DNA of 64,000 nucleotides from Eledone cirrhosa (Eukaryota), in the NCBI GenBank assembly GCA_964016885.1, contig OZ024741.1, positions 91,512,001-91,576,000 on the forward strand. Direction: 5' to 3'. Of the stretch, positions 27,900 to 40,452 are shown one piece after another. How positions within the stretch are numbered: the stretch's first letter is position 1; each line of letters begins with the position of its first letter. The notes under the pieces are model-generated. The model saw nothing but the letters and a program-made list of their open reading frames with translations, searched no databases and had not been told where the DNA came from. A program made the translations under genes and the position numbers.

Positions 27900-28949
27900 A
27901 AGTTAGATAAATGGATCGATAAATGAAATTATATGAAGTGGCATAATAATCACAAAATTCTCTTTGCGTTTGTGCTGAAAAGAGAAATTACCTACTCGTA
28001 AAGGGAAACATTTCGAAGACATAGTCTTAAGAATTAATTTATAGTTAAAGTATTATAGAACTTTGGTGACAGAGGCCTGCTCATGTAGAAATATTTAACA
28101 CAAAATAACTGTTTCTCTTCAGGAAAACAATTACATGCAAAATTGGGCGGTGGATTGGCAGTATCGGTAGAGGGTCGGACACTATGCTTTGACGCATAGA
28201 GTTATGCCCCTTGCCATTCTAAATTCAAATCGCGTCAAGGTTAACTTTGCCTTTCATCCTTACTGGGTCGATAAAATAAAGTACCAGTAATGTACTGGTT
28301 AATTGCTGGCCTTGTGCCAAAAGTAAAAATAATTAAATTATATGCAAAACATAATACAAAAGCATCTTGCACGATTCTTTAATAATTTTGCCAGATCACC
28401 ACCCTGAAAGGATGACAGAAAAAAGTTGACATCGCTGAAATACACAATAAATAGATCTCCACATAGGTCTGCCGCTCATTTCACTGTCTAGTTCCCGAAC
28501 ATGAATACCAGAGTTCCTGGCTATGAAGTTGAGCTTTAATCACCAAGTAACGTTAATATGAGTTAGGCTAAACTATTTTTACTTTTAATAAAACAAATCT
28601 CCATGACGTTAATTGAAAAATTAAATTACCAACTTCAAAAAAGATTTAGATGAGACATACACGAATACCCTTACAGAGCTTGTAGGCAAAATCTCTGAAT
28701 TAAAGTAACACCATGCTGCTGATTTATAAATAAGCAGCATGCTGATGTTTGGGCCTTAGTAAATGAAAACAAGGAAGTAGGAAAGAAAAGCTGTTACTCA
28801 TACCTAAAAATGATCCTAAGCAAGCATCGAAAACAAACTAAGTCAACTATTTTAAGGGTCCCTATTGTGAGCCATATCATGTCAAAGGTGATCTTCCACT
28901 GATAAATGTGTCATCACTATTAGGCATCTCAACAGCACACATTTCTTTG

Positions 28950-29195
28950 AGCGAAATTAATATTGTAATAAAACATTTCTTGAGAACACGAAATCTGCAG
29001 GTCTTGACAATATTCTCAGTATGATTCGGAAAGACTCTTACCTAGTCTCAGTTCTGTTTATATGTATTGTGATCTTAGACACACTTTTTCTACACGCATG
29101 TCGGCATTATCCTCATTCCCAAGAAGAGTGACTGCTCTTTACTCGCAACTACAAGGTAGTTTCATTGTTGCCAATTGCTAGCAAATTTTACAGCA
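28950..29195 (+). pseudogene. Degenerate LINE RT N-terminal fragment
   Basis: KSAGLDNIL and GIILIPKKSDCS..NYKVVSLLPIASKF (frameshifted), resembling the K..G.D and IPK.GD..NYRPISLL RT motifs. Confidence 0.6.
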
Positions 29196-29336
29196 AACAT
29201 TTCTCATCAATTGATCCAATCCTCGGAATCAACCAAAACTATTTCTGACGAGGAAGATCTAACCTTGCTTAAATATGAATGACGTGTATATATATAAATA
29301 TATATATATATAAATATATATAAATATCTATATATA

Positions 29337-29370
<34 letters not shown>

Positions 29371-29407
29371 AATATCTATATATAAATATATATATATATA
29401 AATATAT

Positions 29408-30912
29408 ATATGAAATATAAGAATCAAAGAACTGTTCAAAACATTATTGTGCTTACAGCTGTTTCCTCCAAACCGAGGTTTGGATTCTTCGGAGCAATTT
29501 ATTAATGCATGGACAGTTATATGACCTCCTTTTCAGCCGAGAGACATACCAATACATATTCAAACATTGATACATATTCAAACATTGTGGGTCAACATTC
29601 ATTACAGAATTTAGAGTGGCAGTACACACTTCGAGATTACATTTATATTAATAGGTACAATCAAAAATCAAAAATATAGGTTAAAATACAACATGAAGAT
29701 AAGCGGTTATATAGTGCAAATGTTATATGTGTGGCACGCATGTGCGTCTTGTTTATATAGTGTGGCAGAGAGATATGTGTGGTAGAGGCACTTAGGTAGG
29801 TAAATAAGAATGTTAGGTTGGTAGATCTGGTGGCAAATTCTTTATATGATTGATATAGTCTGTGTGTGGAGAAATATTATAAGCATTAAAGATAGTGCAA
29901 GCATTAAAAGTGTTATAAGTAATGGAGATGCACAGCGCAGGGATGTCAAGTATTTCATGTACTTCGGCATTTTCATGGTCAGGGGAGTGTATTTTTCGAT
30001 TATATGCCCTTCACATAATCCACGACAATCCAGTTAGAGATCGTAGTCTGGTGTTCTTTAGTTCGATACAGGAGGTTGTTACGTTTCTAGAAACGCCATT
30101 GAATACCGCCCGGAAGTGTGTGTGTGGCTAAGGGGAGTTAATGCATGCGGGGAGGTAACTCTGGGGTTTCTATATCTAGCCATTAAAATGTGTCTCAATA
30201 TAGACCCTAAATTCTATGGTGATGCGCATCTTCCAAGAGAGATTTTTAAAGCATAAAGTGTATTAACTATACAGTAGTTTAATTAAGTTATGCTGAAGGT
30301 GATCATATTATTATGGTGCCACAAATGGAAATTATAGATGATGAGCGAGGATTCTAAATTAATGATCTCTGTGGTTGTAGTCTGCTCATATGACCAGGCG
30401 CGGTGATTGCAGGCTTGCTTCGGGACCCAATGATCTCTGGTAGGATCTGGGTCATCGCTTGCTACATTTGATGTCGAAAGATAATCATCCCCAGGCCGGC
30501 CAAAGGTCAATCCGCAGTGCTCGCGACCCCTCTCTGACCGTCAGATCATCCATATACGTACAACCCGCACGGCAGTTGCAATGCATTCACTCACTGCGCT
30601 CAGTATTGGTATGTCTCTCGGCTGAAAAGGAGGTCATATAACTGTCCATGCATTAATAAATTGCTCCGAAGAATCCAAACCTCGGTTTGGAGGAAACAGC
30701 TGTAAGCACAATAATGTTTTGAACAGTTCTTTGATTCTTATATTTCATATAACTGCTCTGTAAATCATCTGATGTTTTTACATTGAGCTACTTAACTTAC
30801 TGGTAATAAGGTAGTAATACAATACTGCCTACCACTATTTAGGGTGTGTGTAAAATACTTACAACTGCTTAAGGTTTTGTATTTACATAACCATAAATAG
30901 TATAACTAATAC
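29408..30912 (+). mobile_element. PLE-like element with 148-bp inverted arms (29408-29555 / 30603-30750) between TA arrays
   Basis: Arms appear identical and contain an HHR-like motif; spacer block ~30108-30165 is homologous to ~37826-37882. Confidence 0.7.
30662..30708 (+). ncRNA. Minimal hammerhead-like motif with U4>C (mirror at 29450-29496, -)
   Basis: TGCT-CCGAAGA-ATCCAAACC tc GGTTTGGAG-GAAA-CAGCTG-TA/AGCA; palindromic loop 3. Confidence 0.6.
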
Positions 30913-32151
30913 TATAAATATATATATATATATATAAATATCTATATATAAATATATATATAAATATCTATATATATATATATAAATATAAATATCTATA
31001 TATATAAATATAAATATCTATATATATATATATAAATATAAATATCTATATATATATATATAAATATAAATATCTATATATATATATATAAATATAAATA
31101 TCTATATATATATATAAATATAAATATCTATATATATATATAAATATAAATATCTATATATATATATAAATATAAATATCTATATATATAAATATAAATA
31201 TCTATATATATAAATATAAATATCTATATATATAAATATATATATATATAAATATAAATATCTATATATAAATATAAATATCTATATATATATATAAATA
31301 TCTATATATATATATAAATATCTATATATATATATAAATATAAATATCTATATATATATATAAATATCTATAAATATCTATATATATAAATATCTATATA
31401 TATATCTATATATATATATAAATATATATAATATATATAATATAAATATATATAATATATATAATATATGTAGAAAACTTATAATGAAACAATTGTTTGG
31501 AAAGGGAGATATATTTTAATTATGTCTCATATAAAATAATACAACTGGCTTTCCGCAAAATACATATAGTTAGCACCCCAAACGTAAAATTGGGATTATA
31601 CTAAGGTATATCCTAATGTTTGTTGAGTGAGTTGGTAGCCAGTCAGAGTACAGCTTAAAGCTTTCTCTGTTAAAGTATTGAACATTGTATAAATATATAT
31701 ATATATATATATCTATATATATAAATATCTATATATATAAATATCTATATATATAAATATCTATATATATAAATATCTATATATATAAATATCTATATAT
31801 ATAAATATCTATATATATAAATATCTATATATATAAATATCTATATATATAAATATCTATATATATAAATATCTATATATATAAATATCTATATATATAA
31901 ATATCTATATATATAAATATCTATATATATAAATATCTATATATATAAATATCTATATATATAAATATCTATATATATAAATATCTATATATATAAATAT
32001 CTATATATATAAATATCTATATATAAATATATAAATATCTATATATAAATATATAAATATCTATATATAAATATATAAATATATAAATATCTATATATAA
32101 ATATATAAATATCTATATATAAATATATAAATATCTATATATAAATATCTA

Positions 32152-32231
<80 letters not shown>

Positions 32232-32244
32232 AAAATATATATAT

Positions 32245-32275
<31 letters not shown>

Positions 32276-32277
32276 AA

Positions 32278-32309
<32 letters not shown>

Positions 32310-32332
32310 TATATATATCTATATCTATATAT

Positions 32333-32363
<31 letters not shown>

Positions 32364-32433
32364 AAAATATATATATATATATATATATAAATATATATAT
32401 ATCTATATCTATATATATATATAAATATCTCTA

Positions 32434-32477
<44 letters not shown>

Positions 32478-32501
32478 TCTCTATATATATATAAATATAT
32501 A
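30913..32501. repeat. TA/TAAA/TCTA minisatellite arrays (30913-31468, 31688-32501) around a short unique insert
   Basis: Direct reading; 16-bp unit ATATATAAATATCTAT in the second block. Confidence 0.95.
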
Positions 32502-32947
32502 TTTATTAAAATAACAGATTAAAGTTTAAGCAAAGAATCGCTGCTTTCACCCTTAACGGGATCTTCTGAAACTAACAAAGTCAATCTGTAAACGCAGAAC
32601 TGGATATTTCAAAAAACGTTGCAACCGGAGGAAGACAGGAAGACGATACTTTGGTTCGTGGTAACGTTCGCTGTCAAAGAACGGGAAAAAACGAATTATA
32701 CGTCATTAATAGGAGCGGTGAAAAACAATTACGCGCAAAGACAAAACCACGTTTATGGTATAAAAGAGGTCGTAGACTAATGTTCTCTTAGGTGGTGCAT
32801 AGAGACGTTCTCTGGCAATGAACGAAAAAACGGTTCTTATATATTTGATATATAATTTCCTTATCGAGCCCTCTTTGGATTTTAGTCTTCAATTTTATTA
32901 TTATTACTATATATATAATACAATATGTGTCTCTATGTTGAGAAAAA

Positions 32948-33285
32948 ATTTGGTCGTTCTGACTGCTGCTAGTTATAGCGGTAGCAGATTGACCTGCCTG
33001 CCTCTGCTTCTATCTTTGCACTCGGCCCTTGAAAAAATTGATTCCACTCCATTTACTCTCATCTCGGGAACAATTTTGAATAGCGCCAGTTTGTAATTTA
33101 AGTTCGAGAATTTTATATTCTTCGAATGTAAAGAACCTTCTGACGAGAATCTTTCTTTGCAACGAAGGCCGTATGGACTCCGTTTATTTTTGAGATTCGA
33201 AACCGATTCGGTAAAGGTAACTATAGTAGGTAATGTTAATTTTTAAAAATTTATTTTGAAACTTTTTCCTTATTTGCTAAACCTT

Positions 33286-33288
<3 letters not shown>
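32948..33288 (+). mobile_element. PLE-like pLTR family X, copy 1, ending at (TA)n
   Basis: Clearly homologous but diverged relative to 47528-47868; contains an HHR. Confidence 0.7.
33135..33218 (+). ncRNA. Type I hammerhead with extended helix II
   Basis: ACCTT-CTGACGA-GAATCT..AGATTC-GAAA-CCGattCGG-TA/AAGGT; canonical core. Confidence 0.85.
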
Positions 33289-33334
<46 letters not shown>

Positions 33335-33428
33335 TATATATAATTATATATATATATATATAATTATATATATAATTATATATATATATATATATATATA
33401 TAATTATATATATATATATATATATATA

Positions 33429-33470
<42 letters not shown>

Positions 33471-33472
<2 letters not shown>

Positions 33473-34225
33473 ATAACTAGAAATTGATTAACATATAAAT
33501 AAACATGAATAATCACAGGAGATAATTTTTACAAGTGTGTAACCACACATAGCTAGGTAGGTAACTAAGTAAAGTTGACCAGAACTTCAAAAATAGATAC
33601 CTTATAATATGATTAATCTTCCCTGTATACATTCCATTAAAGAAATATATTTCACCAATTAATCGGATGGCAAACTACCGAAGTGGAGACCTGGATTTTC
33701 AACAAGGAAGAAGTTCCAGCGATCCGTGTTTACACTTCAAGTTCAAATCAGCGACTGGCCAGCACCACGTGTTATATCTACTAGAAATACACACATCATA
33801 CTAGCTTCGTCCCAGTGGCGTGAATAGGGTTATCGACAACTAGAAACAGCAGTCGAGTCCTTTCAACAGAGTTAGCGCTACAATTAAGGAGCCGTATTTA
33901 TATATCTATATCCAAAATTAAGATAAATCAAATGAATTTAATCTAAATCAAAATTATGGGTGTCGTGCCAGAAAGACATGCGACATATCACCCGCAAAAT
34001 AAGCTCTAAGATTCTAACGAGGAGGTCCGAGCATTTTATAATAACTAGAAATTGATTAACATATAAATAAACATGAATAATCACAGGAGATAATTTTTAC
34101 AAGTGTGTAACCACACATAGCTAGGTAGGTAACTAAATAAAGTTGACCAGAACTTCAAAAATAGATACCTTATAATATGATTAATCTTCCCTGGGAAGAT
34201 TAATCATATTATAAAGTATCTATTT
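33471..34225. repeat. Partial tandem repeat (155 bp, period 568) followed by a 33-bp fold-back
   Basis: 33471-33625 ~ 34039-34193; 34159-34191 is inverted at 34193-34225; starts at (TA)n. Confidence 0.8.
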
Positions 34226-35081
34226 AAGTGGTCTAACAATATAGCTAACAAAAAAGTATCTAAATTTATACAATTTGACATTAACGATTATTACTCATCT
34301 ATATCCCCCAACACCTTGGATAAAGCCTTAAAGGAATTCAATTTGATTTATTTTACTGCATCTCCTCGTATGTATTTATTTTGAATGTATTATCCGTGGT
34401 GGTAGGTCTTGCCTAATGTGGTATTTCTGTGTTTAATATCAGCTTTGACCCGGGTGTCCTACGCTGTGTGTGTGTGCGTGTGTGTCTGTGTATACATTTA
34501 TATGTGTATGGGTGTAGGTGGTTGTATATGTCTGTATATAAAAATATATATATATGTATACCGTCTCTGCATATGCATGTGGTGTGTATATGTGCATATA
34601 TGTGCAGAACATATTGGTGTGTATGATCTTGAGATGACCCAATGCGGTGACTCCATGATATTGGCTCTTGAAGCTATTTTTTATATATCTTTTGTATACG
34701 CTGTTGAGTATGCATATTAACCCAACTGACCCAACTGTATTTGCTTGCTTTCGGCTAGCCCGCCTGCACCTGCTTGCTTTCGGCCCACTTGTCTGCCTCT
34801 TGCTGCTGCACGTGAATTCTCCTACCTTCCTTCGATGTACTTCTGTTGACCATTGGACTCCTGCCCGGGTGTGAACCGGTTTGTGATTACCCCACCGCTC
34901 AACTGTGTGAATGCACACCCTTGACTTTCGAGTGAACTTTTGAGACTGCCCGACCTGGAACGTCTCCATTGCATTGCAATGGTCAAGTGATACTGATAAC
35001 TGTGACACTTAGGGCCTTCGTGGACCCCTGATATATTCAAGAAATATATTCTAAAAAAATATATATCTTATCTCAATTTAC

Positions 35082-35322
35082 TTTATTTTATTTTATTTTA
35101 TTTCATTTCATTTTATTTAATTTTATTTATTTAATTTTATTTATTTATTTAATTATATCTTATATTATTTTAGTTTATATTATTTTATTTTATTTTATTT
35201 TATTTTATTTTATATTATTTTATTTTATTTTATTTTATCTTATTTTATTATTATAGTATATTATATTTTATTTTATATAATTTTAATTTTATTTTATTTT
35301 ATATTATATTATTTTATTTTAT
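35082..35322. repeat. (TTTTA)n degenerate microsatellite
   Basis: Direct reading. Confidence 0.9.
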
Positions 35323-35567
35323 TTCGTTCCTTACCCTGTATCACTATTATCTGTATATTTTATATGTATGTTTTTTTATATTTTCTTATATATATTATAT
35401 GTCTATTTTTTACCTATTTTTCACCTATTTTTTATCTATTCTTACCTACTCCTATCTATCTTATCTATTCTTGTCTGTTCTCTTATCCATGTGTATGCTT
35501 GTATGTAACTATATGTTGACAGCACCCCGCCCAACTGTGACTGATAGCACCCCTTATTTTTCAATTA

Positions 35568-35647
35568 TTATATAAATATATATATATAAATATATATATA
35601 TAAATATATATAAATATATATATATATATAAATATATATAAATATAT

Positions 35648-35696
<49 letters not shown>

Positions 35697-35904
35697 AATA
35701 TATATAAATATATAAATATATATAAATATATATATATAAATATATATATATAAATATATATATATAAATATATATATATAAATATATATATATAAATATA
35801 TATATATAAATATATATATATAAATATATATATATAAATATATATATATAAATATATATATATAAATAAATATATATAAATAAATATATATATATAAATA
35901 TATA

Positions 35905-35936
<32 letters not shown>

Positions 35937-36062
35937 AATATATATATATAAATAAATATATATAAATAAATATATATATATAAATATATATATATAAATA
36001 AATATATATAAATAAATATATATATATAAATATATATATATAAATATATATATATAAATATA
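35568..36062. repeat. (TA)n/TAAA array
   Basis: Direct reading. Confidence 0.95.
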
Positions 36063-36370
36063 AATTGAAACAAAATGAAAACGAAATTTCATTTCTCACT
36101 CTTAGTATGGCACTTACTTAAATGTAAGTATGCATGTACACGTACATACATATATGTATACAGACGTACAGTAGCATGCACATATATATATATATATATA
36201 CATATATATATACATATGCATACAGGTACACATACATATATGCACGTATCAGTTTAGCGGCGCTTATTATAACGTCGCTTTGTTCGTTTGTAAACAAACT
36301 GAACAGCCTGAATTTATGCCATACGGTGTTAAGGCAACCACGTCACCTTTTTGTTCAACACTGACACAGG

Positions 36371-36415
36371 AACGATGTACTAGTTTCAAGCTTGTTAGCT
36401 ATCATCAGCACCGTT
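36371..36415 (-). ncRNA. Minimal type I hammerhead
   Basis: Minus strand AACGGTG-CTGATGA-TAGCtaacaaGCTT-GAAA-CTAG-TA/CATCGTT. Confidence 0.8.
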
Positions 36416-36652
36416 TACCCATCTGTCAGATAGTTGAACGTTCGAAAGTATATACTTTCCTTATGAAAATTAACGGCTGAGCAGCCTAATTTGCATATTG
36501 AGTGAGTTAAATCGGTCAGGCATACCGAAAACGATAAATTGAAACAAAATGAAAACGAAATTTCATTTCTTACTCTTAGTATGGCACTTACTTAAATGTA
36601 AGTATGCATGTACACGTACATACATATATGTATACAGACGTACAGTAGCATG

Positions 36653-36693
<41 letters not shown>

Positions 36694-36846
36694 GCATACA
36701 GGTACACATACATATATGCACGTATCAGTTTAGCGGCGCTTATTATAACGTCGCTTTGTTCGTTTGTAAACAAACTGAACAGCCTGAATTTATGCCATAC
36801 GGTGTTAAGGCAACCACGTCACCTTTTTGTTCAACACTGACACAGG

Positions 36847-36891
36847 AACGATGTACTAGTTTCAAGCTTGTTAGCTATCATCAGCACCGTT
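36847..36891 (-). ncRNA. Minimal type I hammerhead (second unit)
   Basis: Identical to 36371-36415. Confidence 0.8.
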
Positions 36892-38265
36892 TACCCATCT
36901 GTCAGATAGTTGAACGTTCGAAAGTATATACTTTCCTTATGAAAATTAACGGCTGAGCAGCCTAATTTGCATATTGAGTGAGTTAAATCGGTCAGGCATA
37001 CCGAAAACGATAAATTGAAACAAAATGAAAACGAAATTTCATTTCTCACTCTTAGTATGGCACTTACTTAAATGTAAGTATGCATGTACACGTACATACA
37101 TATATGTATACAGACGTACAGTAGCATGCACATATATATATATATATATATACATACATATATATATACATATGCATACAGGTACACATACATATATGCA
37201 CGTATCAGTTTAGCGGCGCTTATTATAACGTCGCTTTGATCGTTTGTAAACAAACTGAACAGCCTGAATTTATGCCATACGGTGTTAAGGCAACCACGTC
37301 ACCTTTTTGTTCAAAATCAAAATCAAAATCAAACTTAAAATCAAAATCAAAATTAAAATACATTCGGCAGATAACACAGATAATGCAAGAGGATAGTTTG
37401 ATAGTCAGGTATAGTAGGTAGTGTATGCGTTAGTTACACGTGGAGCATGCAAATGTGTCTCATTTTTATACTATTATTGTGTGGGCGGCTGTTACACGTA
37501 ATGCAAGCACTTTAAGCGGGTAAGCAAGATTACTATGGTGGTTGTAGTGGTAAGGTATTTTTTGTATAGAACGAAAAAAGTATGTGTGCAGAAAAATAAA
37601 AATAAAAAGAAGCAAAAGAAAGTTATGGTTTTCGTATCCACCATCATTTTCACATTCAGAAATAGTAAGAGATAGTTTCTACATCCATCACATATGTAAC
37701 GATGATTCCGTATTGAATGTTTGATGCATTAAAATAAATTATTTTAGCGTATTGAGGCTCAGTGTTATTTAATCCAAGTTTATAGAATAGGTTGATTCTG
37801 CTGCGAGAATTTACAGCGGTTTATTACCCGGAAGTATGTGTGTAATTAAGGGGAGGTAATGCGTAAGAGGAGGTAACTAGCCGAATCTCATAACTAAATT
37901 CATTGTTCTAACATACATTCTAAAGGGCCTCAATTGAGTCCCTTATATAGACGGTTATACATTTATATCTAGTTTCCAATTTTAAATACAGTCTACTCTA
38001 TCATGATGTACTAAAGGTATCTATATTAAGTTGATTACTCCCTATTATATAGTGCTACAATTGAATATTCCATACAAAGTGCCATACCTTTATATCAAAG
38101 TTCACTGTAAATGCAGTCTACTCTTAGAACATATCAGGGGACCTATTAGAATTTTGTCTACATAACCCCTGGCAAGTTATGGAGCAGCGTATGGCTGTTT
38201 GCATGGCAAAACAAAATACATCTCTAGGGCAGACAAATACATCCCTCAATCTGGCAGGAAGGTAT

Positions 38266-38308
38266 ACGTTGCTGACGATAGCCGACAAGCTTGAAACTAG
38301 TACAGCGT
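38266..38308 (+). ncRNA. Minimal type I hammerhead in a diverged inverted relative (~38245-38515) of the 475-bp unit
   Basis: ACGTTG-CTGACGA-TAGCcgacaaGCTT-GAAA-CTAG-TA/CAGCGT. Confidence 0.8.
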
Positions 38309-38550
38309 TCTTTTGTCAGTGTTGAACAAACGAGCAACGGTGGTTGCTAGACACTGCGGCTTAATACGGGATGTTTGTTTACAAACACACCGAGCATTAT
38401 AATAAATGTTTGGTGAATCCATACGTACATTTATATATGTGTGCATGTATGTATATATATATACATACAACTGTACGTCTGTATACATATATGTATGTAC
38501 GTATACATACTTATATATATATATATATATATATATAAATATATATATAA

Positions 38551-38588
<38 letters not shown>

Positions 38589-38740
38589 CAAATATAAATA
38601 TATATATATATAAATATATAAATATATATATATATAAATATATAAATAACGAAGGAAATGTGGTAAGGAACCAGGTGGACCATAACGCACCAAAGTACTC
38701 AATACTTAGGGTAGTAGAGTGGGTAATAGAAACGAGTAGG

Positions 38741-38836
38741 ACCCCGACGGCTGAGCTCAGGCCGTTTCGACGGCTAATTCTGGACTAAATGAAAATTTTT
38801 ATCCTGGTATATGAATAGCCGAGCTTCTCAGGGGGT
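38741..38836 (-). ncRNA. Hammerhead-like motif with A8 core and long helix II; the 3' half of a relative lies at ~40331-40376 (+)
   Basis: Minus strand ACCCC-CTGAGAA-G..CGGCTA..TAGCCGTC-GAAA-CGG-c-CTGAGCTCAG-CCG-TC/GGGGT. Confidence 0.6.
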
Positions 38837-39561
38837 AATTCCATATATGGTAAAAGTGATTGTCACAAGGATTGGACATACATACATAGAGAGAGAGGGA
38901 GAGAGAAAAAGAGTATTCGACTATTAGACAACATAATATAGATAGCTGTTTTCGTTAATGAAAATATCGAAGTAGAAAACCATTTAAGGAAATATAAAAA
39001 CCATCTAAAACTTTCACACCAGCTGCAACACCTATAGACATTCATTATCATATATATTATAGTTATAGCTTCAGTCATACTTAACATCACCGATATGTAA
39101 TAGTCTCTTTAAGGATAATTTCCACAATATAAACTGATCCTTTTATTTAAGCTTGCATGATTGTGTGCGCGCACGTGCGTGTGTGTGCGTGTGAGCGTGT
39201 GCGTGTGTGCATATATGCTTGTATGTGTCTATAATATACGAATATATCAATTTGTTAGTCCGTATTATATGTGTTTATATATGTTGCTTTAATCGATTAT
39301 ATAATCATATTATCTTTAGAACTTGAACGTTGTAGCTGTTTAAATAACAAAACCCAGGATCATATAAAATTTATGAATCGCCGCCGCCAGTATGAATCTG
39401 TTTAAACCAACTCTTTATACACAGATCATATGAACTTCGAGAGAATATATCGAAATCGGGTTTTAACTCATAAAAGTTTCACGTGTATTTGTCATTTCTA
39501 GCTGCCGCATGTGTCGGTGAGTAATTCTGGTTATATATCTAAGTAAGAGATCTGCACACCT

Positions 39562-39637
<76 letters not shown>

Positions 39638-40395
39638 CATACACGTATTCACAATCCTGATTGCAAATCAATAGTTTTGCATAGTTGTTCATTATTTATC
39701 GTCTGCTTTCAAACGAAGCTGCAGTGACGTAATCTCCTTCTGTTCAGAGAGACATGTTAGACCTAGCTTAGATCATCGTGTCATAAAACACTGAGTCATA
39801 TATACTCTTTTATTCTTTTCCTGGTTTCAGTTAGACAGCGACCATGATTGGGCACCGCCTTAATGCTATTTAGTCGATCATATTTACCTCAATACTTATA
39901 TTTTTCATGGCCGACACACATTTTATCGATTTGCTTTACAGTACATAAACACACGCAAGACACAAACAACACAGACACAATCCGCAATATGTCTGGGTTC
40001 TACAGACCCGTCTACCAAATTCGTCAATCCGTGGCTATAGAAGAAAACACATTTCCAACTTGCCGCATAAAAATCTCATGGTTGCAATTGAGCTCCTTAA
40101 GCATATAGCCATTCCCATCACCTTTATAGATAAGGCATACAATATGTTTCATTCAATAAAAGAGAAAGTAAGGAAAGGTTACAACAAGAGAATAAAAATT
40201 AATACTTTTGTTTTTCTAAACTTGGTGACTCTGAAAATTCCACGTTTTAATTAGAATCAGCCACCAAGTATTTAAACACACACATATCAATATAAGTAAG
40301 TAGTATATGTACTATATAAATATATGTTGCGTCCAGAAATAGCCGTCGAAACGGTATGAGCTCTGCCGTCGGGGTTAAACATTTTCCCATATATT

Positions 40396-40452
<57 letters not shown>

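Larger units (their letters stand above)
36061..37314 (-). mobile_element. Tandem array of ~475-bp hammerhead-bearing units (2.6 copies), retrozyme/PLE-pLTR-like
   Basis: Units 36061-36534, 36535-37010 and 37011-37314; differ mainly in the internal microsatellite. Confidence 0.8.
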
